Source: Planctomycetota bacterium (lineage in GTDB: Bacteria > Planctomycetota > UBA1135 > UBA2386). From it: a stretch of 64,000 nt of DNA. The DNA lies in NCBI GenBank assembly GCA_965228735.1, contig OZ245838.1, positions 96,001 through 160,000 on the forward strand. The letters run 5' to 3'. This document shows positions 31,077 through 40,809 of this stretch, piece by piece. Position numbers and translations under genes: made by a program. Position 1 is the first letter of the stretch. Every line of letters begins with the position of its first letter. A model generated the notes under the pieces. It was not told where the DNA came from, searched no databases, and worked only from the letters and a program-made list of their open reading frames with translations.

Positions 31077-31373
31077 TCACGTCTGGGGCGAGATGATCTC
31101 GAGCTGGTGGTCGGCGAGCGTGCCGTCGCGCCAGTCGTGCAGCTCGTTCAGCAGATGATCCATCGTGCTGTTGAGGTGGGGGATGTCGCTGCCGGCGACG
31201 ACCGCGCCGAGCGTCGCGACCGTGCAGTCGTCGAGGTCTTCGATCTCGGCGATCGACACGTTGAACGAGCGGCGCAGGCGATCGCGCAGCCCTTTGACGA
31301 CAGAGCGCTTGTCCTTGAGGCTCTCGGCATACGGGATCTCGAGCGTGAACTGGAGAATGCCGATGTACAACAT
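31077..31373 (-). CDS. DUF503 (YlxP) family protein
   Basis: SLKDKRSVV...FNVSIAE; usual infB-DUF503-rbfA context. Confidence 0.9.
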   Translation of the reverse strand: MLYIGILQFTLEIPYAESLKDKRSVVKGLRDRLRRSFNVSIAEIEDLDDCTVATLGAVVAGSDIPHLNSTMDHLLNELHDWRDGTLADHQLEIISPQT

Positions 31374-31437
31374 GCGAGACCTGCCGAAACCTGGTTGGGC
31401 GCGCGGCTGCGGCTAGCCGCGCGGACCCGCGACGCGC

Positions 31438-34365
31438 TCACGCGCCGAGCGTGCGCTTCACGAGGTCGATCTGGACGAACTCGAGGATGTCGCCTTCCTT
31501 GATGTCCTGGTAGCCATCGAGCGTCATACCGCACTCGAGCCCCGCCTTGACCTCGCGGACGTCCTCCTCGATGCGGCGCAGGCTCGCGACCTTGCCGGAC
31601 CAGAGGACTCGGCCATCGCGCGTGAGACGGGTCAACGCGTTGCGGCGCGCGAAGCCGTCCGTGACGCGGCAGCCGGCGATGACGCCGAACTTGCTCGACT
31701 TGAACGTCGCCTTGACCTCGGCGTGGCCGATGACCGACTGGACCTCTTCGGGCGCGAGCATCCCTTCCATCGCGTCCCGCACCTCGTCGATGAGGCGGTA
31801 GATGACGTCGTAGTAGCGGATGTCGATCCCGGCCCGGTCGGCCATGACGCGCGCCTTGGTGTCCGCGACCGTGTTGAAGCCGATGATCACGGCCTCGGAC
31901 GCTTCGGCCAGCGTGACGTCGGTTTCGTTGATGCCGCCGAGTCCCGAGTGCACGAGGTTGACGCGCACCTCGTCGGTCTGCAGGTCCTCGAGCGACTTGC
32001 GAATCGGCTCGAGCGAACCCATCGCGTCGGCCTTGAGGATGATCTTGATCTCGGCCATCTCGCGCTCGGCGAGCTTCGCGGACAACGTCTCGAGCGTGAC
32101 TGCGCTGCGTTCGGCGCGCGACAGTTCCTGCACGCGACGCTGGCGCTCTTCGACGACCTCCTTGGCCTTCTTCGCGTCCTCGACGGCGAACAGTTTGTCG
32201 CCCGGCGTCGGCAGCCGGTCGAGGCCGAACAGCGTGACCGGCGTCGACGGGCCGGCTTCCTTCAGGTTGTTGCCGTGATCGTCGATCATCGCGCGCACGC
32301 GCGCGTAGCTCTCGCCGCAGACGATCTGGTCCTTGAGACGCAGCGTGCCGTCGGTGACGAGCAGCGTGACGACCACGCCCTGCTCCGGCGACTGCCGTGA
32401 CTCGACGACGATGCCCTTGCCGTGCGCGTCGGGGCGCGCCTCGAGCTCCATGATCTCCGTCTCGAGCAGGATGCGCTCGACGAGTTCGTCGAGCCCCTCG
32501 CCCTTGAGCGCGGCCACCTCGACCATGCCGATCTCGCCGCCGAAGTCCTCGGACTGCAGCCCCTTGATCATGAGCTGCTGCTTGACCTGCATGGCGTTGG
32601 CGCCGGGCGTGTCGCACTTGGTGATCGCGACGACGATCGGCTTGCTCGCGGCCTTGGCGTGGTTGATCGCCTCCTCGGTCTGCGGCATGACGCCGTCATC
32701 GGCCGCGACCACGAGCACCACGACGTCGGTGATGTCGGCGCCGCGGGCGCGCATCGCGGTGAACGCCGCGTGGCCCGGGGTGTCGAGCACGACGAGCGAC
32801 TGCCCCTTGTCGTTGGTGACCTTGTAGGCCCCGATGTGCTGGGTGATGCCGCCGGCCTCGCCCTTCACGACGTCGCTGTTGTGCAGCGCGTCCATGAGCG
32901 TCGTCTTGCCGTGGTCGACGTGACCCATGAACGTCACGACCGGCGCGCGCTCGACGGTCTGCTCGTCCGCGCTGCTCTCGTCGAGCTGCTGGATCAGCTC
33001 GTCCATCGCTTCGGTGTGCTCGACGATCTTCACCTTGCGCTCGAGTTCGAGCGCGACGAGCTCCACCTCTTCGTTGCTCAGGAACGAGTTGATGTTCTTG
33101 CCCTTGACGTCGAGCTTGAACGTCAGCGTGCCGATCAGCTGGCTCACGCCGATGCCGAGGCCCGCGGACAGGGCCTTGATCGACACGGGTTCTTCGACCT
33201 CGACGACCTTGTTCGGGTCGACCGTGGGCGCCGTGCGCTGGCGCTTTCCGCCGGGGCCGCCACGCTGGTCGCGACCGCGGCCGGGACCGCGACGCGAGTT
33301 GGGCTGCGGCGCGAAGCGGCTGCCCGTGCGCTGCTGCATCTTCTGCAGCGCCGCGCGGCGCAGGTCGCGCGCCGGCTGGGGCGCGGAGCGGCGGGTCGCG
33401 TCGCGGATCGTCTCCTGCGGCAGCTCGATGCGGCCGACGACGCGGGCGCGCTGCTGCGGCATGAGGAGGCGTTTGACGTCCTCGCTCTCCTCGCCGGTCG
33501 GGGCCTCACCGGTCGGGGCTTCGGCGGCTTCGCCGGTCGGCGCCTCCGCGCTCGCCGCGGCTTCTGCCGATGCCGCCGTGTCGGCGGGCGCCTCGGGTGC
33601 GGCCGCGGCGGCGGCTTCCTGCGGTGCGGTCTCGGCGGGTGCTGCGGGCTCGGGCTCGCCGGTGGGCTCGGCGGCCACGGGCTCGGCGTCGGCCGCCACC
33701 GGCTGCTCTGCCGCCGCGGGTGCGGGCTCCGGGGCCGCCTTCGCGGCCGGTTCGGCCGCGGGTTCCATGGCCGTGCCGTCGCCGGCCGGGCTCGTCGCCT
33801 CCGGTTCGAGCGGATCGTCGGCCGTCGGCAGCGCCTTCTTTGCGGGGGCCTTCTTCGTCTTGGCCTTGGCCGGCTCGGGGGTCGGCTCCGGCGCCGCGGG
33901 CGCGCTCGCCGTCGGCGCGGCCTCGCTCGGCGGCGCGGCGGTGGGGGTGGCTTCCTCGACGGGGGGCTCGGCGGCGGGCGCCGGCGATTCCGCGACTGCG
34001 GCCGCGGGTTCCGTCGCCGCGTCCGCGGCGTCGTCGAGCGACTTCTTCGGGAGCGCCTTCTTCTTCGGGAGCGCCTTCTTCTTGGGCAGCGCCTTCTTCT
34101 TCGGCAACTCGGCTTCGGGGTCGGCCTCTGTCGCGCTGGCGCCCGGCAGCTTCTTCTTCTTCAACCCGCCGGTCGTCTTGGCGCCCTCGCCCGCCTTCGT
34201 CAGGCCCTGCGCCATGAGCTGCGCCTCGACGACCATGACGTCGGGCTCCTCGAGCGAGCCGCGCGCGTTGATGTTCTCAAAGCCCATGGCTTTGAGCCGC
34301 TTGGCCAGCTCGGCGCCCTTCATGCCGTACTGCTTGGCTAGTTCGGAGACGCGTACCTTTTTCAA
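31438..34365 (-). CDS. infB: Translation initiation factor IF-2
   Basis: TTG start at 34365 after AGGAG; RVSELAK N-domain; GHVDHGKT, GGITQHIG, DTPGH, DDGVMPQT; C-terminal G.ECG. Confidence 0.98.
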   Translation of the reverse strand: MKKVRVSELAKQYGMKGAELAKRLKAMGFENINARGSLEEPDVMVVEAQLMAQGLTKAGEGAKTTGGLKKKKLPGASATEADPEAELPKKKALPKKKALPKKKALPKKSLDDAADAATEPAAAVAESPAPAAEPPVEEATPTAAPPSEAAPTASAPAAPEPTPEPAKAKTKKAPAKKALPTADDPLEPEATSPAGDGTAMEPAAEPAAKAAPEPAPAAAEQPVAADAEPVAAEPTGEPEPAAPAETAPQEAAAAAAPEAPADTAASAEAAASAEAPTGEAAEAPTGEAPTGEESEDVKRLLMPQQRARVVGRIELPQETIRDATRRSAPQPARDLRRAALQKMQQRTGSRFAPQPNSRRGPGRGRDQRGGPGGKRQRTAPTVDPNKVVEVEEPVSIKALSAGLGIGVSQLIGTLTFKLDVKGKNINSFLSNEEVELVALELERKVKIVEHTEAMDELIQQLDESSADEQTVERAPVVTFMGHVDHGKTTLMDALHNSDVVKGEAGGITQHIGAYKVTNDKGQSLVVLDTPGHAAFTAMRARGADITDVVVLVVAADDGVMPQTEEAINHAKAASKPIVVAITKCDTPGANAMQVKQQLMIKGLQSEDFGGEIGMVEVAALKGEGLDELVERILLETEIMELEARPDAHGKGIVVESRQSPEQGVVVTLLVTDGTLRLKDQIVCGESYARVRAMIDDHGNNLKEAGPSTPVTLFGLDRLPTPGDKLFAVEDAKKAKEVVEERQRRVQELSRAERSAVTLETLSAKLAEREMAEIKIILKADAMGSLEPIRKSLEDLQTDEVRVNLVHSGLGGINETDVTLAEASEAVIIGFNTVADTKARVMADRAGIDIRYYDVIYRLIDEVRDAMEGMLAPEEVQSVIGHAEVKATFKSSKFGVIAGCRVTDGFARRNALTRLTRDGRVLWSGKVASLRRIEEDVREVKAGLECGMTLDGYQDIKEGDILEFVQIDLVKRTLGA

Positions 34366-34466
34366 ACTGATGGCTCCTGGGCGGGCAGCGACGGCTGCCC
34401 CGGGTGGGTGGGAGAGTCGGACGGGAAGCGGAGGGAGGGTGCGGGAGGCGGAACGACCGCTACCGG

Positions 34467-35705
34467 TCACGATTGTTGGGCCGAACGATCCGGGTCGGCG
34501 TCGCCCGAATCGGCCGTGGTGGATTCATCACCGCTGCTGGCGTCACCGGCCGGATCCCCAACAGCAGGATCAGCAGCAGCCGGATCCGCAGCAGCCGGAT
34601 CCGCAGCAGCCGGATCCGCAGCAGTGGGTTCGGTCGCGGGTGTCTCGGCCGCGGTCTCGGCCGGCGCCTCCGGGGCAGCCTCTGCCGTCCCGCCGCCAGC
34701 CTCACCGCCGCCAGCTTCACCGCTGCCGGCGCCATCCTCACCCGTGACGCCCTCGTCTTCTTCGACGGAGCGCTCGAGTTCGGCGCGGGTCATGATGTCG
34801 ATGTCCCAGCCGGTCAGCTTGCTCGCGAGGCGAACGTTCTGGCCCTTGCGGCCGATGGCGAGGGACTGCTGGTCCTCGTTGACGATGACGAGCGCCTTCT
34901 TGGTTGCCGGATCGAGCGTGATGTCGCCGACCTCGGACGGCTTGAGCGCGTTCGCGATCAGCGTCACCGGATCGTTGTTCCAACGGATGATGTCGATGCG
35001 CTCGCCGTTGAGCTCGTCGATGATCGACTTGATGCGGTTGCCGCGCACGCCGACGCACGCGCCGACGCAGTCGACCTTGTCGTCGCTCGAATCGACGGCG
35101 AGCTTCGTTCGGTAGCCGGGTTCGCGTTCGATGCGGCGGATCATGATCGTGCCGTCGGCGATCTCCGGCACCTCGAGCTCGAACAGCGCGCGCACGAGGT
35201 CGCGGTGCGTGCGGCTCAGGATCACCTTGACGCGCGGCCCGACCTTCTTGACCTCGTAGACGAGTGCGCGGATGCGTTCGCCGACGTTGTAGTTCTCACT
35301 GCGGACCTTCTCGGACCGCGGCAGGATGCCCTCGATGTTGCGACCGAGGTTGACGATCACGGTGTCGCCCTCGAAGCGCTGGATCGTGCCGATCACGATC
35401 TCGCCGAGCTTCATCTCGTACTCGTCGTAGATCACGTCGCGCTCGGCCTCGCGCACGAGCGAGATGATCGCCTGCTTCACCGACATCGCGAAGATGCGGC
35501 CCTGCTCCTCCATCGACACGTCGTAGTTGCACTGGAACTCGCCCGTGTCCTGATCGAGCATGATCTCGATGTCGTCGACCCCGTACTTCTTCGCCAGCGC
35601 CTGCGCCATCGCGCGCTCGATGCCGGCAATCAACGCTTCCTTGTCGATCTCCTTGTCACGGGCGATCGAGTCGATGTAGCGAAGGATTTCGGAAGCGTTG
35701 GCCAT
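34467..35705 (-). CDS. nusA: Transcription termination/antitermination factor NusA
   Basis: S1 + KH domains; EVPEI, REPGYRTK, GACVG.RG.RI, AIGRKGQNVRLA. Confidence 0.97.
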   Translation of the reverse strand: MANASEILRYIDSIARDKEIDKEALIAGIERAMAQALAKKYGVDDIEIMLDQDTGEFQCNYDVSMEEQGRIFAMSVKQAIISLVREAERDVIYDEYEMKLGEIVIGTIQRFEGDTVIVNLGRNIEGILPRSEKVRSENYNVGERIRALVYEVKKVGPRVKVILSRTHRDLVRALFELEVPEIADGTIMIRRIEREPGYRTKLAVDSSDDKVDCVGACVGVRGNRIKSIIDELNGERIDIIRWNNDPVTLIANALKPSEVGDITLDPATKKALVIVNEDQQSLAIGRKGQNVRLASKLTGWDIDIMTRAELERSVEEDEGVTGEDGAGSGEAGGGEAGGGTAEAAPEAPAETAAETPATEPTAADPAAADPAAADPAAADPAVGDPAGDASSGDESTTADSGDADPDRSAQQS

Positions 35706-36040
35706 GGGGAAGGGAAGCAGGGGGCCCGGGCGCGATCGCGTCGCCGACGGGGCCTCGCCCGCTCGGCGCCACGCTCGCGGAGAACGAGCCTGTCAGTGGC
35801 CGTGGTCACACGGCCGATGGAAACAGCAGAGCCCCGGCAGGCAGCACAATCCCCGGCTCCGGAACTGTCGTTTTGCTCGCTGGCAAAGCGCCGGCCCGGA
35901 GTGCCTGCGACGAATCGCCGCATCCAAGGTGTTGTGTTGACTGCCCGGGCGGTGCCGGGATGTCGGTTGACGAGCTGCGCGGTGAGCCGTACGGAAGCGA
36001 GCCTCCGGACGGCCCGTCGCACATCGCGTCGGGGCGGAGG

Positions 36041-36068
36041 ATGGTAGCCATGAGCCCTGCCGGGTCAA
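36041..36068 (-). promoter_or_regulatory. Putative sigma-70 promoter for the nusA-infB operon
   Basis: Minus strand TTGACC-N16-TACCAT. Confidence 0.5.
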
Positions 36069-36248
36069 CCGAACAACCGTTCCGCGGGGAATATCGTGCT
36101 GCACGGCCGGTTCGGGGAGGGTGCCTCGGACCCGGTCGTTCACCGACCGGGCGGGTTCGGCGCGGCCCCGGTCCGACGGATGAACGGGTCGCGCCGGTTA
36201 CTCGTTCCGGGTAGCGATCTAGAAGCAGCCAGCCGCTCGCTACGGCCC

Positions 36249-36731
36249 ATGACCGACCTCGCCCATAACCTCTCCCTCCGGCCGTTCCGCCTCACCGATG
36301 CGGATGCGATCGAGCCGTGGCTGTCCGCGCCGGGCCTGTCGTTGCCCGCGGGCGCCGCCCGCCGCGATTGGCCGGCGCGATTGCTCGCCGATGGCCGGAT
36401 CGTGCTGCAGGTCGGGGAGTCCGATGGCCGCCAGATCGGTCTCGTGCGGCTCGACTGCGGCCCGGATCGGGTCGCCGAGATCACGCTCGTGATCGCGCCC
36501 GAGAGTCGCCGGTGTGGGCTCGGCCGGGCGATGCTGCTGGGCGCGATCCGACAGGCGCGCGCCCTCGGCCTCGTGCAGCTCGTCGCGAGCATCGACCTCG
36601 GCAACACCGTCGCGCTCGAGTTCTTCCAGGACATGGGCTTCGTCGCGCGTGGCGTGGTCGCCAACCGCCTGCGCCTCGTCCGCGAGGTGCACGCGGGTGT
36701 CGGCCAGCCACCGATCGAGATCGAGATCTGA
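36249..36731 (+). CDS. GNAT family N-acetyltransferase
   Basis: IAPESRRCGLG acetyl-CoA motif A; N.VAL.FF..MGF motif B. Confidence 0.85.
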   Translation: MTDLAHNLSLRPFRLTDADAIEPWLSAPGLSLPAGAARRDWPARLLADGRIVLQVGESDGRQIGLVRLDCGPDRVAEITLVIAPESRRCGLGRAMLLGAIRQARALGLVQLVASIDLGNTVALEFFQDMGFVARGVVANRLRLVREVHAGVGQPPIEIEI

Positions 36732-36772
36732 CCCGGCCTGGCCCGCGGGCAGGTTCGCGCGCGCCCGGTCCG

Positions 36773-37831
36773 TCAGCGTTCGCGGGCGGCGGCCAGGCAA
36801 CGGGTCGCGAGCGCGGCGACGATCGCCCGCGTCGGGGCGTCCTGCGGCCATTCGGGCGGCAGCACGTTCGCGCTCGCGCTGGCGGCATCCGGGAACGCGG
36901 CATCCGGGAATAGGGTCGAAGCCTCCTGGGGCAGGTTGAGGACCCGGTCGCGACAGTGCTGCAGCACCTCGTAGTCGCGCGTCAGCCATTCGCGGTCGAG
37001 GCCGGTCAGATCCATCGGTCGGGCATCGTGTTCGAGCGCCGCGGCCGCGCGTGCCAGCAGCTCGGCCGCGTCCGCGCCGCCGCTGCGCAGCTCCGCGATC
37101 GCGACCTTGGCGAACGCGGCCCGACCGGGCGCGTAGCGCGCGCCCGCCGCTGCGGCGCGGTTCAGCGTCCGGGCCGCTTCCAGCAATGCCGGGTCGAGGC
37201 TGCGGTTCTGGCGCCTGGCTTCGAACTCGAAGCCCGTCGTGTTCGGCAGCTCGAGCACGTGACGCAAGAACCAGGCGACGATGGCATCGTCCGAGGAACG
37301 GTCGAGTCGGTCGTAGACCACGATCGTCACGCGTTCGGCCCCGAGGGCCTCGACGGCCTTGACGATCGTGGTTTCCGGTCGGAGCACGTCGCCCGCGCCG
37401 AGCACCTGTGACGCGATGTACTCGGGTAGCGACTCGGCCAATCCGTGTTTGATGTCCTCGCGCCAGCGCGACAGGCACGCGGCGCTGCGGCGCCGGATCA
37501 CGAGGACCCAGTCGAGCGCTGCCGGCTCCGCCAACTCGAGGATCGTGCGCACCTGGTCCGCGGTGAGCCCCGAGAACTCCTCGCTCGATAGCAATGTCCG
37601 CGGGGGGCCGGATTGCCGCAACGACTCGAACACCGCGGCCGCGCCCTCGCGGTCGCCGGCCCTGACCAACCTGGCCAACTCGTGGTGACCGGCGAGAAGG
37701 CCGCGGCCGGAGCTCGGGTAGGCGATGCCGCGATCCGCGAGCCAGGCCCGATTGGCCGCGTTCGCGAAGTGCGTCTGCAGATGCGTCGTGCCGGTGCGGG
37801 GGAGGCCGGCGTGCACGATGAGCGACGTCAT
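36773..37831 (-). CDS. Sulfotransferase-like P-loop protein
   Basis: IVHAGLPRTGTTHLQ PAPS-loop-like motif, LLSSEEF, N.SL. Confidence 0.7.
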   Translation of the reverse strand: MTSLIVHAGLPRTGTTHLQTHFANAANRAWLADRGIAYPSSGRGLLAGHHELARLVRAGDREGAAAVFESLRQSGPPRTLLSSEEFSGLTADQVRTILELAEPAALDWVLVIRRRSAACLSRWREDIKHGLAESLPEYIASQVLGAGDVLRPETTIVKAVEALGAERVTIVVYDRLDRSSDDAIVAWFLRHVLELPNTTGFEFEARRQNRSLDPALLEAARTLNRAAAAGARYAPGRAAFAKVAIAELRSGGADAAELLARAAAALEHDARPMDLTGLDREWLTRDYEVLQHCRDRVLNLPQEASTLFPDAAFPDAASASANVLPPEWPQDAPTRAIVAALATRCLAAARER

Positions 37832-37944
37832 GGGGTGGGGCAGAACGCTCGTGATGATGGCCTTGGCCGCAGCCGATTGCCAGCCGGCGACCCGGCCGCG
37901 AAACGCGGTTGGGTCGGGCTGCATCGCGGCGTAGCGTGACTCTC

Positions 37945-39153
37945 GTGACCGCGTCCGCAACAGTGCTCCGCCTGACTCCGAAGGCCAGTCGACTCGCGCG
38001 CGGCGGGCGTTTGTGGTTCTTCGCCGACGACATCGCGGAGGGCGTCGCCGCGCCGCCGCGGCTCGTGCGCCTGCACGACGACGGGCGCCGCGATCTCGGG
38101 CTCGCGCTGACGGGCAGCGGCAAGATCGTGCTGCGGCGCTGTGGCCCGTGGCCGCTCACGGCGCACTCGGAGCCGAGTGGTTCGCCGGTGCCCGACCGCC
38201 AGGCCTTCTTCGGGGCGCGGCTCGATGCGGCGCTCGCCGAACGGGCTGCGCTCGACCCGACGGGCGGCGTGCGGCTCGTGCATGCCGAGGGGGACGCGTT
38301 GCCCGGCCTCGTGGTCGACCGCTACGGGCCCGTGCTCGTGCTGCAGGTCACCAACCCCGTCGTCGAGGCCGCGCTCGACGCGATCGTGCCGCACCTCGTC
38401 GAGCGCACCGGCTGCGAGACCGTGATCGCGCGCAACGACGTGCCCGTGCGGCGGCGCGAAGGGCTGCCGACCGACGTGCGGTTGCTCCACGGTCGCCGCC
38501 GCGACGAGGTCACGATCGCGGAGCACGGTGTCCGCCACGTCGTGCGGCCGTTCGAGGGCCACAAGACCGGGTTCTACCTCGATCAACGGCCGGCGCGGCA
38601 GCTCGTGCGCGAGCTCAGCAATGGCCGCGACGTGCTCGACCTCTTCGCCTACCAGGGCGCGTTCGCGCTGGCCGCGCTCGCCGGTGGCGCGCGCAGCGCG
38701 GTCGCCGTCGATCAGTCCGACGCGGCGCTCGCGCGCGCGCAGGCCGGCGCGGAGGCGAACGGTCTGAGTGGTCTCGAGGTCGTCGCGGAGAACGCGTTCG
38801 ATCACGTGCGCGCGCTGCGCGACGCGGGCCGTCGGTTCGGGCTCGTCGTCCTCGATCCGCCGGCGTTCGCGAAGTCGCGGCGCGAGGTCCGCGGCGCCGA
38901 GCGCGGCTACCGCGACCTCAACCGGCTGGCGCTGCGCCTGCTCGAGCCCGGCGGTTTCCTGCTCACCTGCACCTGCAGCCATCACATGACCCTGCCGCGG
39001 TTCGAAGACGTCGTGCGACAAGCCGCCGCGGGGTTGCCGTTCCGCGTCGCGCTGCGCCAGCGCCTCGGCGCGGGCCCGGACCACCCGGCCCCGATCACCC
39101 ATCCCGAGTCCGAGTATCTCAAGGTCCTGCTGCTGCAACGGACCGGGGATTGA
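37945..39153 (+). CDS. Class I SAM-dependent rRNA methyltransferase (RlmI/YccW-like)
   Basis: [42 protein letters not shown]...E..YLK. Confidence 0.9.
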   Translation: MTASATVLRLTPKASRLARGGRLWFFADDIAEGVAAPPRLVRLHDDGRRDLGLALTGSGKIVLRRCGPWPLTAHSEPSGSPVPDRQAFFGARLDAALAERAALDPTGGVRLVHAEGDALPGLVVDRYGPVLVLQVTNPVVEAALDAIVPHLVERTGCETVIARNDVPVRRREGLPTDVRLLHGRRRDEVTIAEHGVRHVVRPFEGHKTGFYLDQRPARQLVRELSNGRDVLDLFAYQGAFALAALAGGARSAVAVDQSDAALARAQAGAEANGLSGLEVVAENAFDHVRALRDAGRRFGLVVLDPPAFAKSRREVRGAERGYRDLNRLALRLLEPGGFLLTCTCSHHMTLPRFEDVVRQAAAGLPFRVALRQRLGAGPDHPAPITHPESEYLKVLLLQRTGD

Positions 39154-39206
39154 CCCCGACTCCCCGACGCGGACCATCTCCGACGCGGAGCGATCCTCGA
39201 CCTGGC

Positions 39207-39425
39207 ATGAACGACGCCCCCGACATCTCGATCACCGTCAACGGCGACGCCCGCGCGATCCCGGCTGGCAGCACGGTCGCCGATCTGCTGGCCGCGCTCG
39301 GTCTGACCGCCGGGCCGGTCGCGGTCGAACGCAACCGCGAGGTCGTCCGCAAGGCCGTGCACGGCGAGACCGTGCTGGCGGCGGGGGACCGCCTCGAGGT
39401 CGTGACGTTCCTGGGCGGTGGCTGA
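39207..39425 (+). CDS. thiS: Sulfur carrier protein ThiS
   Basis: [27 protein letters not shown] with C-terminal Gly-Gly. Confidence 0.92.
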   Translation: MNDAPDISITVNGDARAIPAGSTVADLLAALGLTAGPVAVERNREVVRKAVHGETVLAAGDRLEVVTFLGGG

Positions 39426-39509
39426 GCTGCCGGCGGGCCTGCGGGCGCCGTCCGTTCCGGCGATTGGGGGCTGGAATCCCGGTGGCCGGACGCTACTGTT
39501 CTCCGCCCC

Positions 39510-39644
39510 ATGAAGCTCAAGGTCAGCAACAGCAACCGCAAGCGGGCCAAGAAGGTCGGCTTCCGCACGCGCAGCAAGACGGTCGGCGGCCGCAAGATCA
39601 TCAAGCGGAAGATCAAGCGCTCCGGCAAGTTCCGCGTGGGCTAG
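39510..39644 (+). CDS. rpmH: 50S ribosomal protein bL34
   Basis: 44 aa MKLKVSNSNRKRAKKVGFRTRSKTVGGRKIIKRKIKRSGKFRVG; matches the SxxKRxxxxGFRxRxxTxxGRxI pattern; below the ORF-track cutoff. Confidence 0.88.
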   Translation: MKLKVSNSNRKRAKKVGFRTRSKTVGGRKIIKRKIKRSGKFRVG

Positions 39645-39653
39645 AAGATTCTT

Positions 39654-39755
39654 CCGCTCGCCGCGGGGGCGGGCGCAGCGCTCGATTCTTCCGCTCGCCG
39701 CGGGGGCGGTCTCCCGCTCGCCGCGGGGGCGGTCTCCCGCTCGCCGCGGGGGCGG
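39654..39755. repeat. Four copies of the 19-bp hairpin repeat CCGCTCGCCGCGGGGGCGG
   Basis: Copies at 39654, 39691, 39714, 39737, between convergent rpmH and STAS genes. Confidence 0.85.
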
Positions 39756-39883
39756 TCCGCGCTCGGCGCGGGAACGGTTCCCGCCGGCGCTGGCGTTCCG
39801 TCTCGAGCCGCGCCCACGTCGCTTGCGCGACGACGTCGTTCCCTGGTCGGGCCCCGCGGCCGACGGGGTGGCCGGCTGGGCTC

Positions 39884-40651
39884 CTACTTGCCCGGCAGCT
39901 GCTGCTTGAGGAACGCCATGTCCTCGGCGAACTGCTTCAGCGCGGTGCGGTCGGCGTCGCGGATCTTGCTGAACTTCGCGGTCACCTTGACCGCGCCATC
40001 GCCCGCGTCCTCGACCGCGTCGATGTGGTTCACGGTCTCGAAGAAGCCCTTCTTGATCATCTTGACCTGGAACTTCAGGTTCACGTCGCTGCCGGCGAAG
40101 AACAGCTGCTTCGCCTGATCGGCGCTGATGTCGTCCTTCTGGCCCGACCACGTGAAGATCGCGTGGTTGTCGTCGACGTTGCTCATCGTGCCGACGAGCT
40201 GCTTCGCGCGCTTCCTTGCCCCGAGCATCTGGTTGCGGACGTCGTCCGAGAACGTGATCAGGACCTTCTGCTGCTCGACGGGCGCATCGCCGGCGAGCTC
40301 GGTCTGGTTGATCGACTTGATGATCGCCTTCTTCGCGGCCTCCTCGGTCTCGTGCATCGTGATCAGCTTGTCGATGCCGACCTTGCCGATGACGTCGGCA
40401 ACGAACGGCGACGGCTGCGCGATCACGAGGTCGCCGTCCTCGGCCCGGCAGCGCTTGTGGACCTTGATGACGGCGCCCAGCGCGGTCGAGTTGATGAACT
40501 TGACCAGCCGCATGTTGAGGATGATGTGGCTGACCCCGTCGTCGATCTGGTCCTCGACCTCCTCGATCAGGTTCGGGCAGTAGAACGTGTCGAATTCGCC
40601 CTTCAGGGTGAGGATGGCGAAATCATCGTGCAGGGAAACGTCGATCTTCAT
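39884..40651 (-). CDS. Anti-sigma factor antagonist (STAS) with C-terminal PilZ-like domain
   Basis: L.GEFD, V.FINSTALG (phosphorylatable Ser), G.LVI; about 130-aa beta-rich tail. Confidence 0.85.
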   Translation of the reverse strand: MKIDVSLHDDFAILTLKGEFDTFYCPNLIEEVEDQIDDGVSHIILNMRLVKFINSTALGAVIKVHKRCRAEDGDLVIAQPSPFVADVIGKVGIDKLITMHETEEAAKKAIIKSINQTELAGDAPVEQQKVLITFSDDVRNQMLGARKRAKQLVGTMSNVDDNHAIFTWSGQKDDISADQAKQLFFAGSDVNLKFQVKMIKKGFFETVNHIDAVEDAGDGAVKVTAKFSKIRDADRTALKQFAEDMAFLKQQLPGK

Positions 40652-40809
40652 GGGGACGGGGGTGCGAGCGGGGACGGAATCGGGCGCCGGATTCTGGCCG
40701 ACCGGGTCCGATCTTGCAAACCTCGGCTGGTCCAGGATCTTGTGAACTCGCAGATGGCCGGCACGACCGGGGTGCGCGGGCCCGGCGCCGTGGCTACAGT
40801 CGCGCCCGA

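Noticed and set aside
38013..39425. 470-aa ORF ending in ThiS (apparent fusion)
   Set aside because: The upstream part overlaps the methyltransferase in another frame; the real ThiS starts at ATG 39207.
39426..39509. tRNA or tRNA-Sec-like sequence (GGAATCCC)
   Set aside because: No cloverleaf, T-loop consensus or acceptor stem; more likely the rpmH promoter region.
39654..39755. Possible mini-CRISPR
   Set aside because: The 19-bp unit with 4-18 nt gaps is too short for repeat/spacer architecture.
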